Assembly (NCBI GenBank): GCA_946965045.2
Contig: OX337234.1
Coordinates: 372,001 to 436,000, forward strand
Direction of reading: 5' to 3'
DNA: 64,000 bases
DNA from: Epithemia pelagica
Taxonomy: Eukaryota; Protista; Bacillariophyta
The notes under the pieces are model-generated. The model was not told the DNA's origin and ran no database searches. It saw nothing but the letters and a program-made list of their open reading frames with translations. Below, one piece after another: positions 35,082 through 47,526 of this stretch. Position 1 is the first letter of the stretch; every line of letters begins with the position of its first letter. The translations under genes and the position numbers were made by a program.

Positions 35082-37819
35082 ATGCCACCAAAGAGGCGCG
35101 ACGATAGTGCACCATGGAATATATCTCTACCTAGCTGTAGTAGAGTTGGAGGACATGACAGAGAGATACACGAATCATCGACGCCCGACCACACAGAACC
35201 ATATCGAGCAAAGGTCGTAGATATCATCATGTCGAGCGACGAGCAAAGAAACATGCCTGAGCAAAGTGTTTGGGTCAAGGTTATCCAAAAGACGAGCAGT
35301 GACAATTACGAGGACCTCGGAGATCTGTTTCAGATAGTGCCGCGTCCGGCGAACGTGAGTCACTTGCGCGAGAAAGTCAAGGAAAAGGCGGCAAACAACC
35401 TTGCGCATGTTGCCGCTAATGAACTCCTTGTCTACCGTCTCAACAACGAAGTCAGACTGCCGGACGACAATAATGCAATCTTTTCCTTGAATGACAACTC
35501 CACGAAGCTTCATCCAAGGATCCGAATGGACGATTTGCAACTACGAGAGGACGAAACTTTAGTTGTCGTTGCTCCGAAACCACAACAACAACAGCAGGTG
35601 AGTTTTGTTCATGCTTGATGAACTGAACTGAACTGAACTGAACTGAATTTGATTTCTTTTAAATGGTCGATTCTGTTGATGCATGTTTACTCAAACTGTA
35701 TATATATGTTTGTCTTTAACTCATTTTGAAAATCATCAAATCTTGGAACCTGTGTGCGCTAACGTCCGCAGTATGCTCGACTTCCTCTCCATTGAACTCA
35801 GTCGAACCATCACATGAAATAAGGCGCATGGACAATATTTCGTTGGATTGTTCCTTCCTGAAACTGCAGTTTTTGAAGGATCACGACTTAGATTCCTACG
35901 CCAACGCCGCGATAGCATGTGCCAATCAAGACGACGTTGACGAGTCGTTGGCGCATCTTGTCCCATTATCCACCACAACTCGTGGTGCCGCGTCGTTCAC
36001 AGCCATTATTGCGCCTTCGGGAACGGGCAAGACCCAGCTTGCCGCAACTGCGGCCTACAAGTACGGTGACAGGGTTCGCTATTTGCTTTGCGATGCCAGC
36101 TACTCCGACTTTGTTCAAGAGTTTTACGTACCTCACAAGGAACTGGCAATCCTGCTAAGAGATGCATTGAGAGACTTTGGACGGCTTGCCAACCAAGAGG
36201 GGTCAAATGGCGCAAATGCGTATCGGATTTGGTTTCGGGTAAGCGGTGTGGTTTGCCAATTGGCAACTTTATTGGACCGGATTTTGTTCCCAAACTCCGA
36301 ACGTCCAGACGCCAAAGTCACCTTTTCAAGCATACAAGAGAAAGTCAAGAATCTCGGAAAACATATGTTGGTGTTTCTGGACGAAATACCCTCCACTGGA
36401 AACTCTGACTACTCGCTATTCATCAGTCTTCGCGATGTTTTGAGAGCCCTTGGAATATCTCCTGTGCTCATGAGCACTCATACTGGAGCGCAGAATGCAA
36501 TTGTGCAAGGCTCTGAATCGAGTGGTAGTGATGCTGATCCTGACTGGTGTGGGCTTATTACCAGATTGCCCAGATTTCATACGACGAAACCGACCGACGA
36601 GATACCCTACCTAAGTCCACTGGAACGACCTTTGGTTGCCTCCTATCTATCTGAATTTGACCTTGCCGAGACTTCCCTCGACCAGATTGTCGAAACTGTC
36701 CAATCCAGGTTGCAGCGGAAAAAATCGTCGGCATGGACGGAGAATCCGGTCTTCCAGCTCTGTCAACTATTTCGAGCACAAGTCGACCACAATGCTACGG
36801 ATTTGACCACCTATCAGCTTGTTGGGAAACATTTTGGATACATGGTCAATCCTTCAAACTATTCCCGCCGAGACCATCGGCTCACGCGTTCTCAAGCCCT
36901 TCGTCTCGGTTTTCGCGTTCAAATGGTCGTCCCCAGCGAAGAGCCACTGTTGTTTACAGCATTGACAAGCTGGTCCACGTCTTCCTTGGACCCTAGCAAT
37001 CCAAAACTTTTTCCACTAGTTGATGAGACGCGCAATGCAATATCTGTTCGGAGAGCGTATCAGAAAAACTCGGAGCTATTCCAGCCCAGTGTTCCTTCCG
37101 CGAACCCAGCTGCCCTCAAACTAAATGGAGACTTGTTAGAGATGATCAGTCTTGCTTCGGTTTGCTTGGCGTCCATGAATTGTGACCGGGGTGTGGGACA
37201 AGGAATCCTGCTTCCGCATTTCTTTGCTTGTGTTTATCACTTTATGCAAAATACAGATGAGTTGCAAACCGACAAGGTTTCCGCAACCACGAAAGCCATT
37301 CAGTCGGCACTAAACGAGTACGCGACGACCAGCAAGTTTGTTGACGTGGTCATGCCGTGTTGCTCGAGTACTGACTCCCCCTACTTGGAGAAGTGGAAAA
37401 AAGCTACAGCCAATGCCTTTCAAGGTTCCTTGAAGCGCCGTCGGGAAGGTGAACGCCGGGATGGCTGCATCACCAAGCAAGTTGGGGACAAGATCCTGGA
37501 CGTAACACACGTTGAATGCACAAACTATGCTAACGGTTTGACAAAGGAGGTCTTTTCAAATGTGGTCAATCGTCTGAGATCGAACTGCGAAGTATCAGTT
37601 TTGTTTGCATCTTCCCTCCAAAACTTGTTTGCCGAGTCAGATATTAGTTGGGACAACTACATGGCGGACCAATTGCTGGTGGACCCTCACGAAGTGGCTT
37701 TTCTTGGGCTGTCGGCGGAAGGTCCGAGCTGGCTCACTGTTGAAAATGGCAAGGTTTCCCTCGCACCAACAGAAGAGACGAAGTTCCTCCTTGTAATTAT
37801 TGAAACCGGACCCATCTAG
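35082..37819 (+). CDS. CRN-like gene: ubiquitin-like header exon (35082 or 35229 to 35597), intron 35598-35771, NTPase+REase body; the spliced frame is broken by a 1-nt deletion near 35793
   Basis: The header VWVKV...VSHLREKVKEKAANNLAHVAANELLVY...LVVVAPKPQQQ matches the CRN N-terminal pattern (LK-x2-IK-x-K...L..VDA..L.LY and a terminal xLVVxP). The donor is GTGAGT, the branch point gctaac and the acceptor ccgcag. The body is a close paralog of 12205-14547. Confidence 0.75.
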
Positions 37820-37939
37820 TAGGCTGGGCTGTGCACCAATACAACGAATATCGCAGACCGAAATTCATTTCATCAGTCCATTTCTGTCGTGGTGAAATCG
37901 GAGAAGGGAAGAGGATGAGGCGACAGCGTCCTGCTACGA

Positions 37940-38990
37940 GGATCCTACGTGGACATTGCGGTGCTCTCGTTGTTAAGTAAGCACACTCAACAACAAAGCG
38001 ACAAGACAACCCAATAAAAGCGATGGAAGGTGTCGGACGTTATGTATGTATGAAACCAGTGTTGGATTGGCCTTTTATTATTGTGGTGGTGAAACGAACG
38101 TGATTCGATATGGATTGACAAACAGATGTACAAGAGAACAATAAGGTGCCAACGATATGCATGTACAGCATCGGCGAAATAGACGGTGTGTCCCTTTTTT
38201 GGACTGGAGTCTGACAAGACAGTCTTTCCTTTCTTTCACATGAAAGAAACGAGACAAAGCACGGAAAGAATGGCAATGGTGTTGATCCTTCCTTCCTCCC
38301 TAACTGCGAATGGGGAGAAGAATGGACCCCCTGCAAAAATAGCGGAATCCACATTCGAATCGTCGAGGAGCCCCAGACATGGGTGTGTGTGTGTCTGTGT
38401 GAAAAGACTCTCTCTCTCTCTCTCTCCGTGCGAAAACAGCACACGCAAGGAACGGTCCACTCCTACAAAACTATAGTGTCTAAAAACGTTGGGAGTGTAC
38501 CTACAAAAGAGTGCGACAACGCTCGAGACACAGATGACAAGAGAAGGAACGTTGCTATTCCCATGTTTCTTCTCGTAACGCTTTTGACATGGGACCTACT
38601 GCACTAGGAACGGCCATGCATTTAGCGAGGCGCTTGGTAGGCATTCCCAAGCCAGACGGTGACCACACCCTAGACAGCTACGGTGTATGGTGTGGTCACC
38701 CTCTGGCTTGGGAATTCCGGCCAAGCACAGTGCCAAATTGACAGCCGTTGCAAGTGCTCGGGCACGACATTTGCACCATTTGTTTGGCCGTGCATCGACA
38801 ACGGGTTCACGTACGTACGGATTGAAACATTCGATCGACGGACGACTATACTTGTGGCGACGCTGGATTGGGAATTGCCATGACCCGTGACCAACCAGCA
38901 ACTCCAACCGAATCATTGTATAGATCGTCGGTCGTCCATCGGAACCGGCCGTGGGAGCTGAATCGGTCAAGTCGGGCACTATATAGACCA
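37940..38990 (+). repeat. Dispersed repeat R, copy 2
   Basis: Aligns with 10349-~11500 and starts ~120 bp after the CRN stop codon. Confidence 0.85.
38643..38715. other. Hairpin in repeat R copy 2 (27-bp arms, 1 mismatch, 19-nt loop)
   Basis: attcccaagccagacggtgaccacacc (38643-38669) pairs with ggtgtggtcaccctctggcttgggaat (38689-38715). Confidence 0.85.
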
Positions 38991-39560
38991 TGGAATAGAG
39001 AACACGTACTCCCATGTCTAGGTAGGTAGTAGAGATCGAGTAGAGTTTGAGGACATGAAATAGAGAGAGACGAATCGACCAAGCAGAACCATACTCCAAG
39101 CTCGTTGGGAGGTTTGTTGCTGGGTCCCTGTGTGTGGGTGTGTGTCTTGTCGTAATCCTCTTGCAATCTTGCTCCGAACGATCCGACACAAGTTCAACGT
39201 CTATATGAAAAAACACAAAACTCGATCCTGTTTCAGCGTTAGTTGTGGTTTGGCTTATTAGATTCGCTGTTGGAAGATATCGAAATTGCCTTAAAAGCTT
39301 GTTCCGTCTCGGATTGCACTGCAGATAGATTATCAACAAGCTAGCCTTTCTCGTCCTAGAGAGGTCGCGTCAATGTCCCAAAAGGCTAGGTCGTTCGTCC
39401 AAACATCATCCAAGATTTCGGGGAGGCAACGTGTTCTCGTAGGACAGAATTCAGGTCTCGGCGTATATCTACAACCGATTATGCGTAAGAAAGTGCGCCG
39501 GTCAGTTGGATGGCACGTGTCTATAATTAATTTTGGTCCTGATGTCGGGAATCTGGTCCC

Positions 39561-39766
39561 GATCTCGGAATTCGGGTCGATCTCGGAATTCGGGCCAGAT
39601 CTCGGAATTCGGGTCGATCTCGGAATTCGGGCCAGATCTCGGAATTTGGGTTACTACTCTCAAATAAAGTATACTTTTGTCGGAATTCGGGTCGATCTCG
39701 GAATTCGGGCCAGATCTCGGAATTCGGGTCGATCTCGGAATTCGGGCCAGATCTCGGAATTTGGTC
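39561..39766. repeat. Alternating 18/19-bp tandem repeat (gatctcggaattcggg-tc / -cca), two blocks of five
   Basis: Directly visible. It forms a 37-bp higher-order unit. Confidence 0.9.
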
Positions 39767-40153
39767 TCTCCGTTGAACGGATTTCAAGTTGCCGTGCCTG
39801 CTCGCAATATCCTGTTTGACAGGTCAACTCGGCTCTCTATTGACTAGATAGCTAGGAGTACTATTAGCCATTATCGAAATTCGGGGTTTTAGCTATGGAA
39901 TGGGAACACTATCTACTTCAAGGAATGATTAACTAGGATAGGTTGTGCTATGGCTTTTGTCTGACTTCTTGTCCGGACTCGACAGGTCATTTGCAAATCT
40001 CTTGTCAGCCTCTCGTCCGAGACGGAACCAGCTTTTAAGGCAATTTCATCCACGTGTCTTCCTCCGTAGCTCGCATAGCTGCCCTAGACACCAAAGCCGA
40101 CGATGCTGACGCGTGCACCCCCAGCACTTCCTATCTAGGGTCTAGGGAGTTGA

Positions 40154-40224
40154 ACGAAGCACGTGATTTGGGAGTACTTTGGACGAAGCACGTGATTTAG
40201 CACGTTGGACGAAGCACGTGATTT
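40154..40224. promoter_or_regulatory. Three copies of acgaagcacgtgattt containing a CACGTG (E/G-box) core
   Basis: CACGTG occurs at 40160, 40189 and 40215, about 1 kb upstream of the INO1 ATG. A regulatory role is inferred only. Confidence 0.4.
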
Positions 40225-40289
40225 GGGAGCACTGACTGTGGACTGTGTGTGGACCACTCATATTTCTCGGAGCGACGAATGGCGGCAGC

Positions 40290-40872
40290 AAGGATGCTAC
40301 TGTGACGACGTCACAATTGACGCACGTCACGTGACGTGACGTGAAATTGACGACGTCGCGTCAGGCCATCAGGCTGTGACGAATGACGGGAATGAAAAAA
40401 AGTGACGGGAAACAAAAAAATCTTTTGTGGATCTTCTGTAGTCAAACAGATACGTCGAGAAACGCACAAAAATGGCATCCAAAGTGATCCAAGGAATGAA
40501 CAACAATCAACCATTGATGATCAAGCATGGTCATAACTATTATGTGTGCATGATCGATGTTGACTTACCGTGGTTGGATGTCAGAACCACTACTGCGACG
40601 GGACAAGGACAAACTTTGGGGATTCATCCTTGGATAAGGAGACGAAGTGGAGCTTCCGTCCACTTCAGGCACCATTAACAGACATCAGAGACCATTAATC
40701 ATGATACATACAGTCAAAACATCCTATTTCTATATCATGCATCCCTATTGTCTTATCAATATCCCAAAATTGACGAAAGTGACGGGAAAAACCTGACGGG
40801 AACATATTCCCGTCACTATTTGACGGCGTCACGTCACGGTTGTGGCCCGTGACGTGACGTAGTAGCAACCTT
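40290..40872. mobile_element. Non-autonomous Mutator-like MITE (583 bp)
   Basis: A 9-bp direct repeat ggcggcagc lies at 40281-40289 and 40873-40881. The terminal IRs are aaggatgctact and agtagcaacctt (11/12). Both subtermini are rich in TGACG motifs, and there is no recognisable coding capacity. Confidence 0.8.
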
Positions 40873-41242
40873 GGCGGCAGCTCTCCTACGTATCCCTTAA
40901 TGGGGTATAAGCCTTGGCCTTATGGCCTTGGCCTGCTGGGTCTGCTAGCCTCCGCCAACAGGCCAACAGCAAAGATGCGCTTATTTCTCGGTTCTCCGAA
41001 TCACGTTCTTTGGACCCAGCCCCACCATTCGTGCCATTCTCAGCATTGCTTTTGTTTTCTCATTACACAGAAAAGCTTCTCCTTTTGAAGCGACACATCG
41101 TCTCTGATCTTCTTCTTCTTCTTCTTGTGTGGGATTGACGACTCTACCTCCTCTATTACTTGGTTTTGGACAGGCCAGGACGCAACAACGAGCGCATATC
41201 TCCAAACTCCAAACCACCAAGAACCACGAAACACACAACATC

Positions 41243-43498
41243 ATGAGTGAGACCACCAATGATGCGAATGGCAGTGCGGACACACCACCACCACCACAAT
41301 TACACAATGGATTGTTTCATGTCCAATCCAAAGATTGTCGGTACACGGATGAGGCCATTTATTCCAATTACACGTACGTTCGTTTGGTTGTTTCTTTGGT
41401 TCCATGGGTTTGTCTATGTCGTCGGGCAAACTCTCTCTCTCTCTCTCTCGGTGTAGTAATTGGGTTGGATCTCGCTCGCTCACTTTGATCCGTCTTGTTG
41501 TTGCTGTGGTTGTTGCTGGTCCTGACAGGTACGAAACGACCGTGGTGGATGGACCCGTCGTGCGACCGGTGCACACGAAATTGCGGTTTCGAACGCAACG
41601 AACGGTCCCCAAGGTACGACACCCGAAAACAGAGTACTGTTGTTGTCAAGGAAGGACCATGGTCTCACCCGAAAACCACAAACGATGGTTCTGTTCTTCT
41701 TCGTGTTGTTGTTGTTCTTGTTGGTTTTCCTGGCGTTGCTTTGGTTGGTTGCTTGGTTGTTGTCGTTGTGGAATGGGGTTTTGTCCATGACGCCACAATG
41801 ATGCACTCTCTATATATACATATTTATCGATACTTGGTTCTCGAATCATAGATGGGTGTCATGTTGGTGGGCTTGGGTGGCAACAATGGGAGTACTTGTG
41901 TGGCAGCGGCCGTGGCCAATCGCTTGGGCTTGACGTGGGAGACCAAACAGGGGACCCAGTCGGCCAATTATTGGGGCAGTTTGTTGTTGGCCAGTACGGT
42001 CAAATTAGGCCATGCCGCCGCCACGGGACAAGCCGTCTATACGCCCTTGCAATCCTTGCTGCCCCTTGGACATCCCAATGAGATTGTCTGGGGTGGCTGG
42101 GATATCAATGGGGCCAACTTGGCCGAGGCCATGAAACGGGCCCAAGTTTTGGAAGTGGACTTGCAACGACAATTGGAACCGCACTTGCGCGAGATTGTGC
42201 CGCTACCATCGATTTACCATGCCGATTTTATTGCCGCCAATCAACAAGAACGGGCCAACAATGTGTTGCCACCGGACATGACCAAATGGGAAAAAGTCCA
42301 ACACATTCGACGCGACATTGCCCAGTTCAAGGCGCACCATGACTTGGATCATGTCACGGTCGTGTGGACGGCCAATACCGAACGCTTTTGTGAAATTCAA
42401 CCGGGCGTTCATGATACCGCCGATCACTTGTTGCAAGCCTTGGAACAAGGCAACGATACGGAAGTGAGTCCGTCCACCTTGTTTGCCATTGCCTCCATTT
42501 TGGAACAGGCTCCCTTTGTCAATGGGTCGCCCCAAAATACCTTGGTTCCCGGCGTCGTTCAATTGGCCGAACGACATGGCGTCTTGATTGGCGGCGACGA
42601 TTTCAAATCGGGACAAACCAAACTCAAATCGGTCTTGGTGGATTTTCTCGTGTCGGCCGGCTGCAAGCCCGTCTCCATGGTCAGTTACAATCATTTGGGC
42701 AACAATGATGGCCGCAATCTCAGTGCTCCCCATCAATTCCGATCCAAGGAAATTTCCAAATCCAATGTCGTGGACGATATGGTGGCCTCCAATGCCATTT
42801 TGTATCCTCACGTGAATAAAACGGAAAACAAGGACACTACTACTACATCGGATCATCCCGATCATGTCGTGGTCATTAAATACGTTCCCTATGTGGGAGA
42901 TTCCAAACGGGCCATGGATGAATATACGTCAGAAATTTTCATGGGTGGAACCAATACCCTCGTCATTCACAATACCTGTCAAGATTCTCTCTTGGCCACA
43001 CCCTTGATTTATGATTTGATTCTCTTGACCGAATTGTGTTCCCGGATTCAAGTCCAAACAGTGGACGAACAGGACGATTCCACCTTGGACTCGGTCGTGA
43101 ACCAGGACGACAAGGACGACAAGAATACTACTGCTTGGGAACCCTTTCACCCCGTCTTGTCCCTCTTGTCCTACATGCTCAAGGCACCCATGGTTCCACC
43201 GGGTGCACCCGTTGTCAATGCCTTGTTTCCGCAACGAGAGGCCATTACCAATGTCCTCAAGGCCTGTCTGGGATTGCCGCCCGAAAATTACATGACCTTG
43301 CAGCACAAATTTGCCTCCTCCCTCCAACAGCAACACGACGAAACCATGCGGCGACGACAACAAACACAAGTAGAAGAGCAAGAAAAACAGACTAGTACCA
43401 ATGGAGTCTCGCATACCACCACCAATGGAGTGATGCCTACCAGCAATGGACACGCCACAAGGAATGGCACTGGACAGTACCAGAATGGAACTCACTAG
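41243..43498 (+). CDS. INO1: myo-inositol-1-phosphate synthase, intact copy; exons 41243-41373, 41529-41613, 41852-43498
   Basis: The spliced N-terminus reads [26 protein letters not shown]...[25 protein letters not shown]. The motifs LWTANTER-like (VWTANTERF), [37 protein letters not shown] and [10 protein letters not shown] are present. Both GT-AG introns keep frame. Confidence 0.97.
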
Positions 43499-44492
43499 AC
43501 AAGAACTGTTGGATGTATCCGTTTATTTCCTGTTTTGTTTGTTTCTTGGCCCAATCTATTACTTACATGTTTGACACCCACAATTCTAGTTTCACCAGCA
43601 CACCTTCGGTTCCGTTTGGGTCCACACACGTTATACAAAGTGTGGAGACCAACGGGTTCCTCCCATACCTTTCACGCAATTCCCATTCCGCTATAGTATA
43701 CCGACCACACAACTGCCATTACTGTGTGATTACACACGTCCCTCCACCGACACACACATAGGCAAAGTGATGACACGATTCTCTCCTGGAACGACTACTG
43801 GATCTCCATGGCTGCCTGCCACATGCAATATGTGGGACAGCTGTTCCGATGCAGTGATATTCACCAGAAGGAGAACATGATCTCCAAATTCCCAAACGTA
43901 TAATGCACTCCAATAATCATAGAGCAGATTACCAGTCGTAGTTGTGGAGAATCGTAGGAATCCAAACACGCGTCCGACTACGTACTGCTTGGAGAAGGAT
44001 CACTGGCCATACAATGAACAAGCTTGTACTTGATGATACTATCATTAGAATGGGAGGTGTAGATCCTTAGTCTCGTCCATGGACACTTAGCATTGCTCGT
44101 CTACCTAGACACATACATGACAGAGGCAAAGGAACATACACGTTTACAGTAATATTATTTTTAACTTGAATCGCCATTGCGTTTCGTGACGCCGCGCAAT
44201 TCACCGAAAACGGAAGCGACAGAGAGTAAAAGAGCTCGTATAGCCATGCACAAACAACACCCGGGACATCACGAGACACTGCATGCTTTACAAAACACAA
44301 AAACCAAGAGACCAACACACATGCCTGTCCACAGCAAAAGGGGCTTTCCTGGGCGGTCACCTTTTTACAGTCTTGCAGTCATCCCTGGTCATTTGTTTTG
44401 TTCCACACGTGCTGCTCCTGCTTGACCACACATGTCTCTTTTCTTTTTAGCTTGGACTGTTGCTGGTATCGTATTCTTGGACGTGAGACCAA

Positions 44493-47337
44493 CTACAGGA
44501 CTACGCAACAACAGCCAGCATTTTGTTGAACAGGCAACAATGGTTCTCCTGTTTCCCGCTCGTAAATTAAGAATTCAATAACCTCTGTGGCATAGGCGCG
44601 GGGATTCGTCCAATCCCAGTTTCGGTAATAGGTTTCATCTTGTTCGGTTAACACCGTTTCTTGATAGGTCTTGTCTTCGACAAAATTACCAATTTCGGCT
44701 TGACTGGCCGCATTGACATCCTTGGCTGGTACATAGGGAGGCCGTTTTCGATCGGAAATGATGGATTCCCAATTGACATTGCGAAAGTAGGGATGGGCCA
44801 TAATTTCTTCGCATCCACCCGTGCCCAATCGCTTGTGTTCGTCCTTTTCCAGTAAGCGCATACACAAATCTTTGGCATCCGGTTCAAAGTATTCCTTGGG
44901 AAAATCTGGTTCCATTTCCAGTGTGGCACAATCAATTGCTTTTTCCTTGGTTTGTTTGCCCTTGGACAAGCCAAAGTTGAGAGCGGCTTCGGATCGGAAC
45001 GGATTGGCACCGCAGATAAATTCGGTGACACAGCAACCAAAACTGAACCAATCGACCGTGTGTCCATAGGGCATGCGTTTGCCACGCTTGTCGCGACGCA
45101 ACATTTCCGGGGCCCAATACCCACGGGTACCCGCGGCGCCGTGCAAGGTGGGAGTAATTTTGGTGGCCAAGCCCAAATCCGTGATTTTGACTCGGCCGTC
45201 ATCGGCCATGAGACAATTCTCTGGCTTCAAATCGCGGTAGACATAGCCTTGATCATGCAAGGCTTGCAATCCCAACATGATGCGGGCTGCGTAATACTGA
45301 ACTTCTCGTTTGGGGAAGCGACCCTTTTGGTGCAAATGGAAACCAAGATCACCGCCCGTCATGAGATCCAATATCAGATAGACATCGTCCTTGCTATGAA
45401 ATGAGTATTTGAGATTCACCACAAAGTTGCTTTCCACAGCCGCCAAGGCAGATCGTTCATTTACTGCCAGTGTTTCTGATTTCTTCATTTTGATCCGTCT
45501 CTTGTTCATGACCTTCATTGCATAGAGCTTTCCAGACGTACCCTTCTTGCAAGCTACGAAAAAAGGAACAGGTGAGAACTAGTTGGATGCCTTTGTCAAC
45601 ATGTGTGTGTGTGTGGCTTGTGACGGTTCCTGCAAAACCACACATTGGACGACTGTCTCTACCACAAAAAGCGCAACGACAGACACACACACACACACAC
45701 ACACACACTAGCACTACTAGAGACATGTACGTACCATTGACCAACCCAAAGCCTCCTCGTCCCAAGACTCGCATGATATAAAAATCTTCCGGTACAACGG
45801 GTCGATCCTGATACCACAAGAATTGTTTGGCCTTGAGAAATTCTGGCGATTCCAAAAACAAGTGGCAATAATCGCGTCGAAGCGATTCCATCACGACCGT
45901 TTCCGCCTTGTCAAAGAGGCCATCGTAGACGGCTTCTTTTTGCGATTGCAAAAATCGATGTTTCAACAATCGCATACTCATGGTGGCCTCTCCAAATTCT
46001 TCCACGGACAATCCCGAAACACTTCGTTCTCCCATGAGAGCCGGTGGCGGTGCCTTGCGCGGTGTGTGGGAGGAGGAGCCCATCGATGCCGTGTCGGTTG
46101 TCGTATTAGTGGGAGCAGCAGGAGCCGGAGGACTGTTACTTGTTGGTTGGGATTGGGGAGGTTGTCCATGATTGGACGATTGAAAGGATAAGGACGAGGA
46201 CGCTGCCGTATCGGCATCCTTGACAGCCTTGGCTTCGGCGGATTCCTCCGGTTTGGTGGCATCCGTATTAGGGTCAAGTGTTTCCACTTGTGGTTGTTGT
46301 TGCTGTTGTGGTGGTGGTTGAGGTTGGTTCCATCCAGATGATAGGGTCGTCGGATTGGCGGTGGGGACTGTGGGATCGGTGGAAGCCGATGCCGATCCAT
46401 CGGCCATGGTTTCCTCTGTCATATTATTTGGTGGTTCCACGGACGACGATCGTCCTCCTCCGGTACTGCCACCACTGCTACGTCGCGTCGATCGTGGTTT
46501 GGACGACGACAGTGTCGTTGTATTCGTAGTCGTAAAGTCACCACTGGCGGTACTACTGGCCGACGCTCGTCGTCCATTGGATCCATGGTGTGATGGTGGG
46601 TTTGCCTGTCGTGATTTGGCGGCAGCCACGGCGGCTTCTTCCTTTTCCTTTTCTTCCCATTCTCTCCAATCGTCAATCAAATCGTCCAAAATGGCATCGC
46701 GAATGCCAATCAAGGATTGACTGCATTTGGGATAATCGCAATAAATTCGAAAGGACGCATCTTCTTTTAAATAGGCATGGGTCGATTGGCGCTCGCTCAC
46801 GATTCGTTCCAAATCGCATTCGTCAATTTCCGTCCGCGGTGGCAATTGCGTCGTGCCCACGGCCCACGCGGCTGCACCCGCTGCCGATTCCGCCACCAAA
46901 TTGCCATTGTTCGTGGCATCTTTGGGGGCTGTCGTCGTACTAGTACTCGTCGTAGCAGCCGGTGTTACGGTTGCTCCGGCGGCGGGCGGTGGACTGGGTT
47001 TGACCAAAATGTAGTGTTCCAAAATGGCTTGGGCTTGTTTGCGTCGCGATCGGCCGCGCAATTTTTTGAACCTCAACACATCTTCGCAAAAATTGAGACG
47101 CACATAATCGTCGTGATGTTGTTTGATAAAACTGGAAAACAAAAAGACACAAATGGCCGATTGTTCCAAAAAGGAATCCAAATTGCCCAAACTACGGGCC
47201 TTGGTTTTGGACCATTCCACCAACAATTCATCCGACGACGGTGTCTCCCAGGGCAAGACGGGTTTGGGTCCATCGTCCTGCGTATTGATCGCATTCACGT
47301 ATTGGGCGTCTTCAATGGCATCCTGTAATTCCTCCAT
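44493..47337 (-). CDS. GRK: G protein-coupled receptor kinase-like (RGS-homology + AGC kinase), 887 aa, copy 1; exons 47337-45735 and 45553-44493
   Basis: The N-helix MEELQDAIEDAQYVNAI resembles GRK2 MADLEAVLADVSYLMAM. RH-like blocks are FSSFIKQ...LNFCEDVLRFKK and FLESPEF. Kinase motifs are LGRGGFGLV-ACKK...YAMK, VYRDLKPEN, DLGLA and GTRGYWAPE. The C-terminus CCCVVL is a CaaX motif. Confidence 0.9.
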
Positions 47338-47526
47338 GATGAAGAATCCGCCGGTAGTCTCTGTATATCGTGCTTGGTTCTAGCAGCACGATTTTGGTGG
47401 CTGTGGTTGTTGGTTTGTCAATAATAATTCTTCGGATTATATATCCTCGACAACAGGAACGGTTCTCACCTCCAAACGGTCAAGGAACCAAAAGAGACGA
47501 ATGGATGCCTTTTCGTTTGGATCTCT

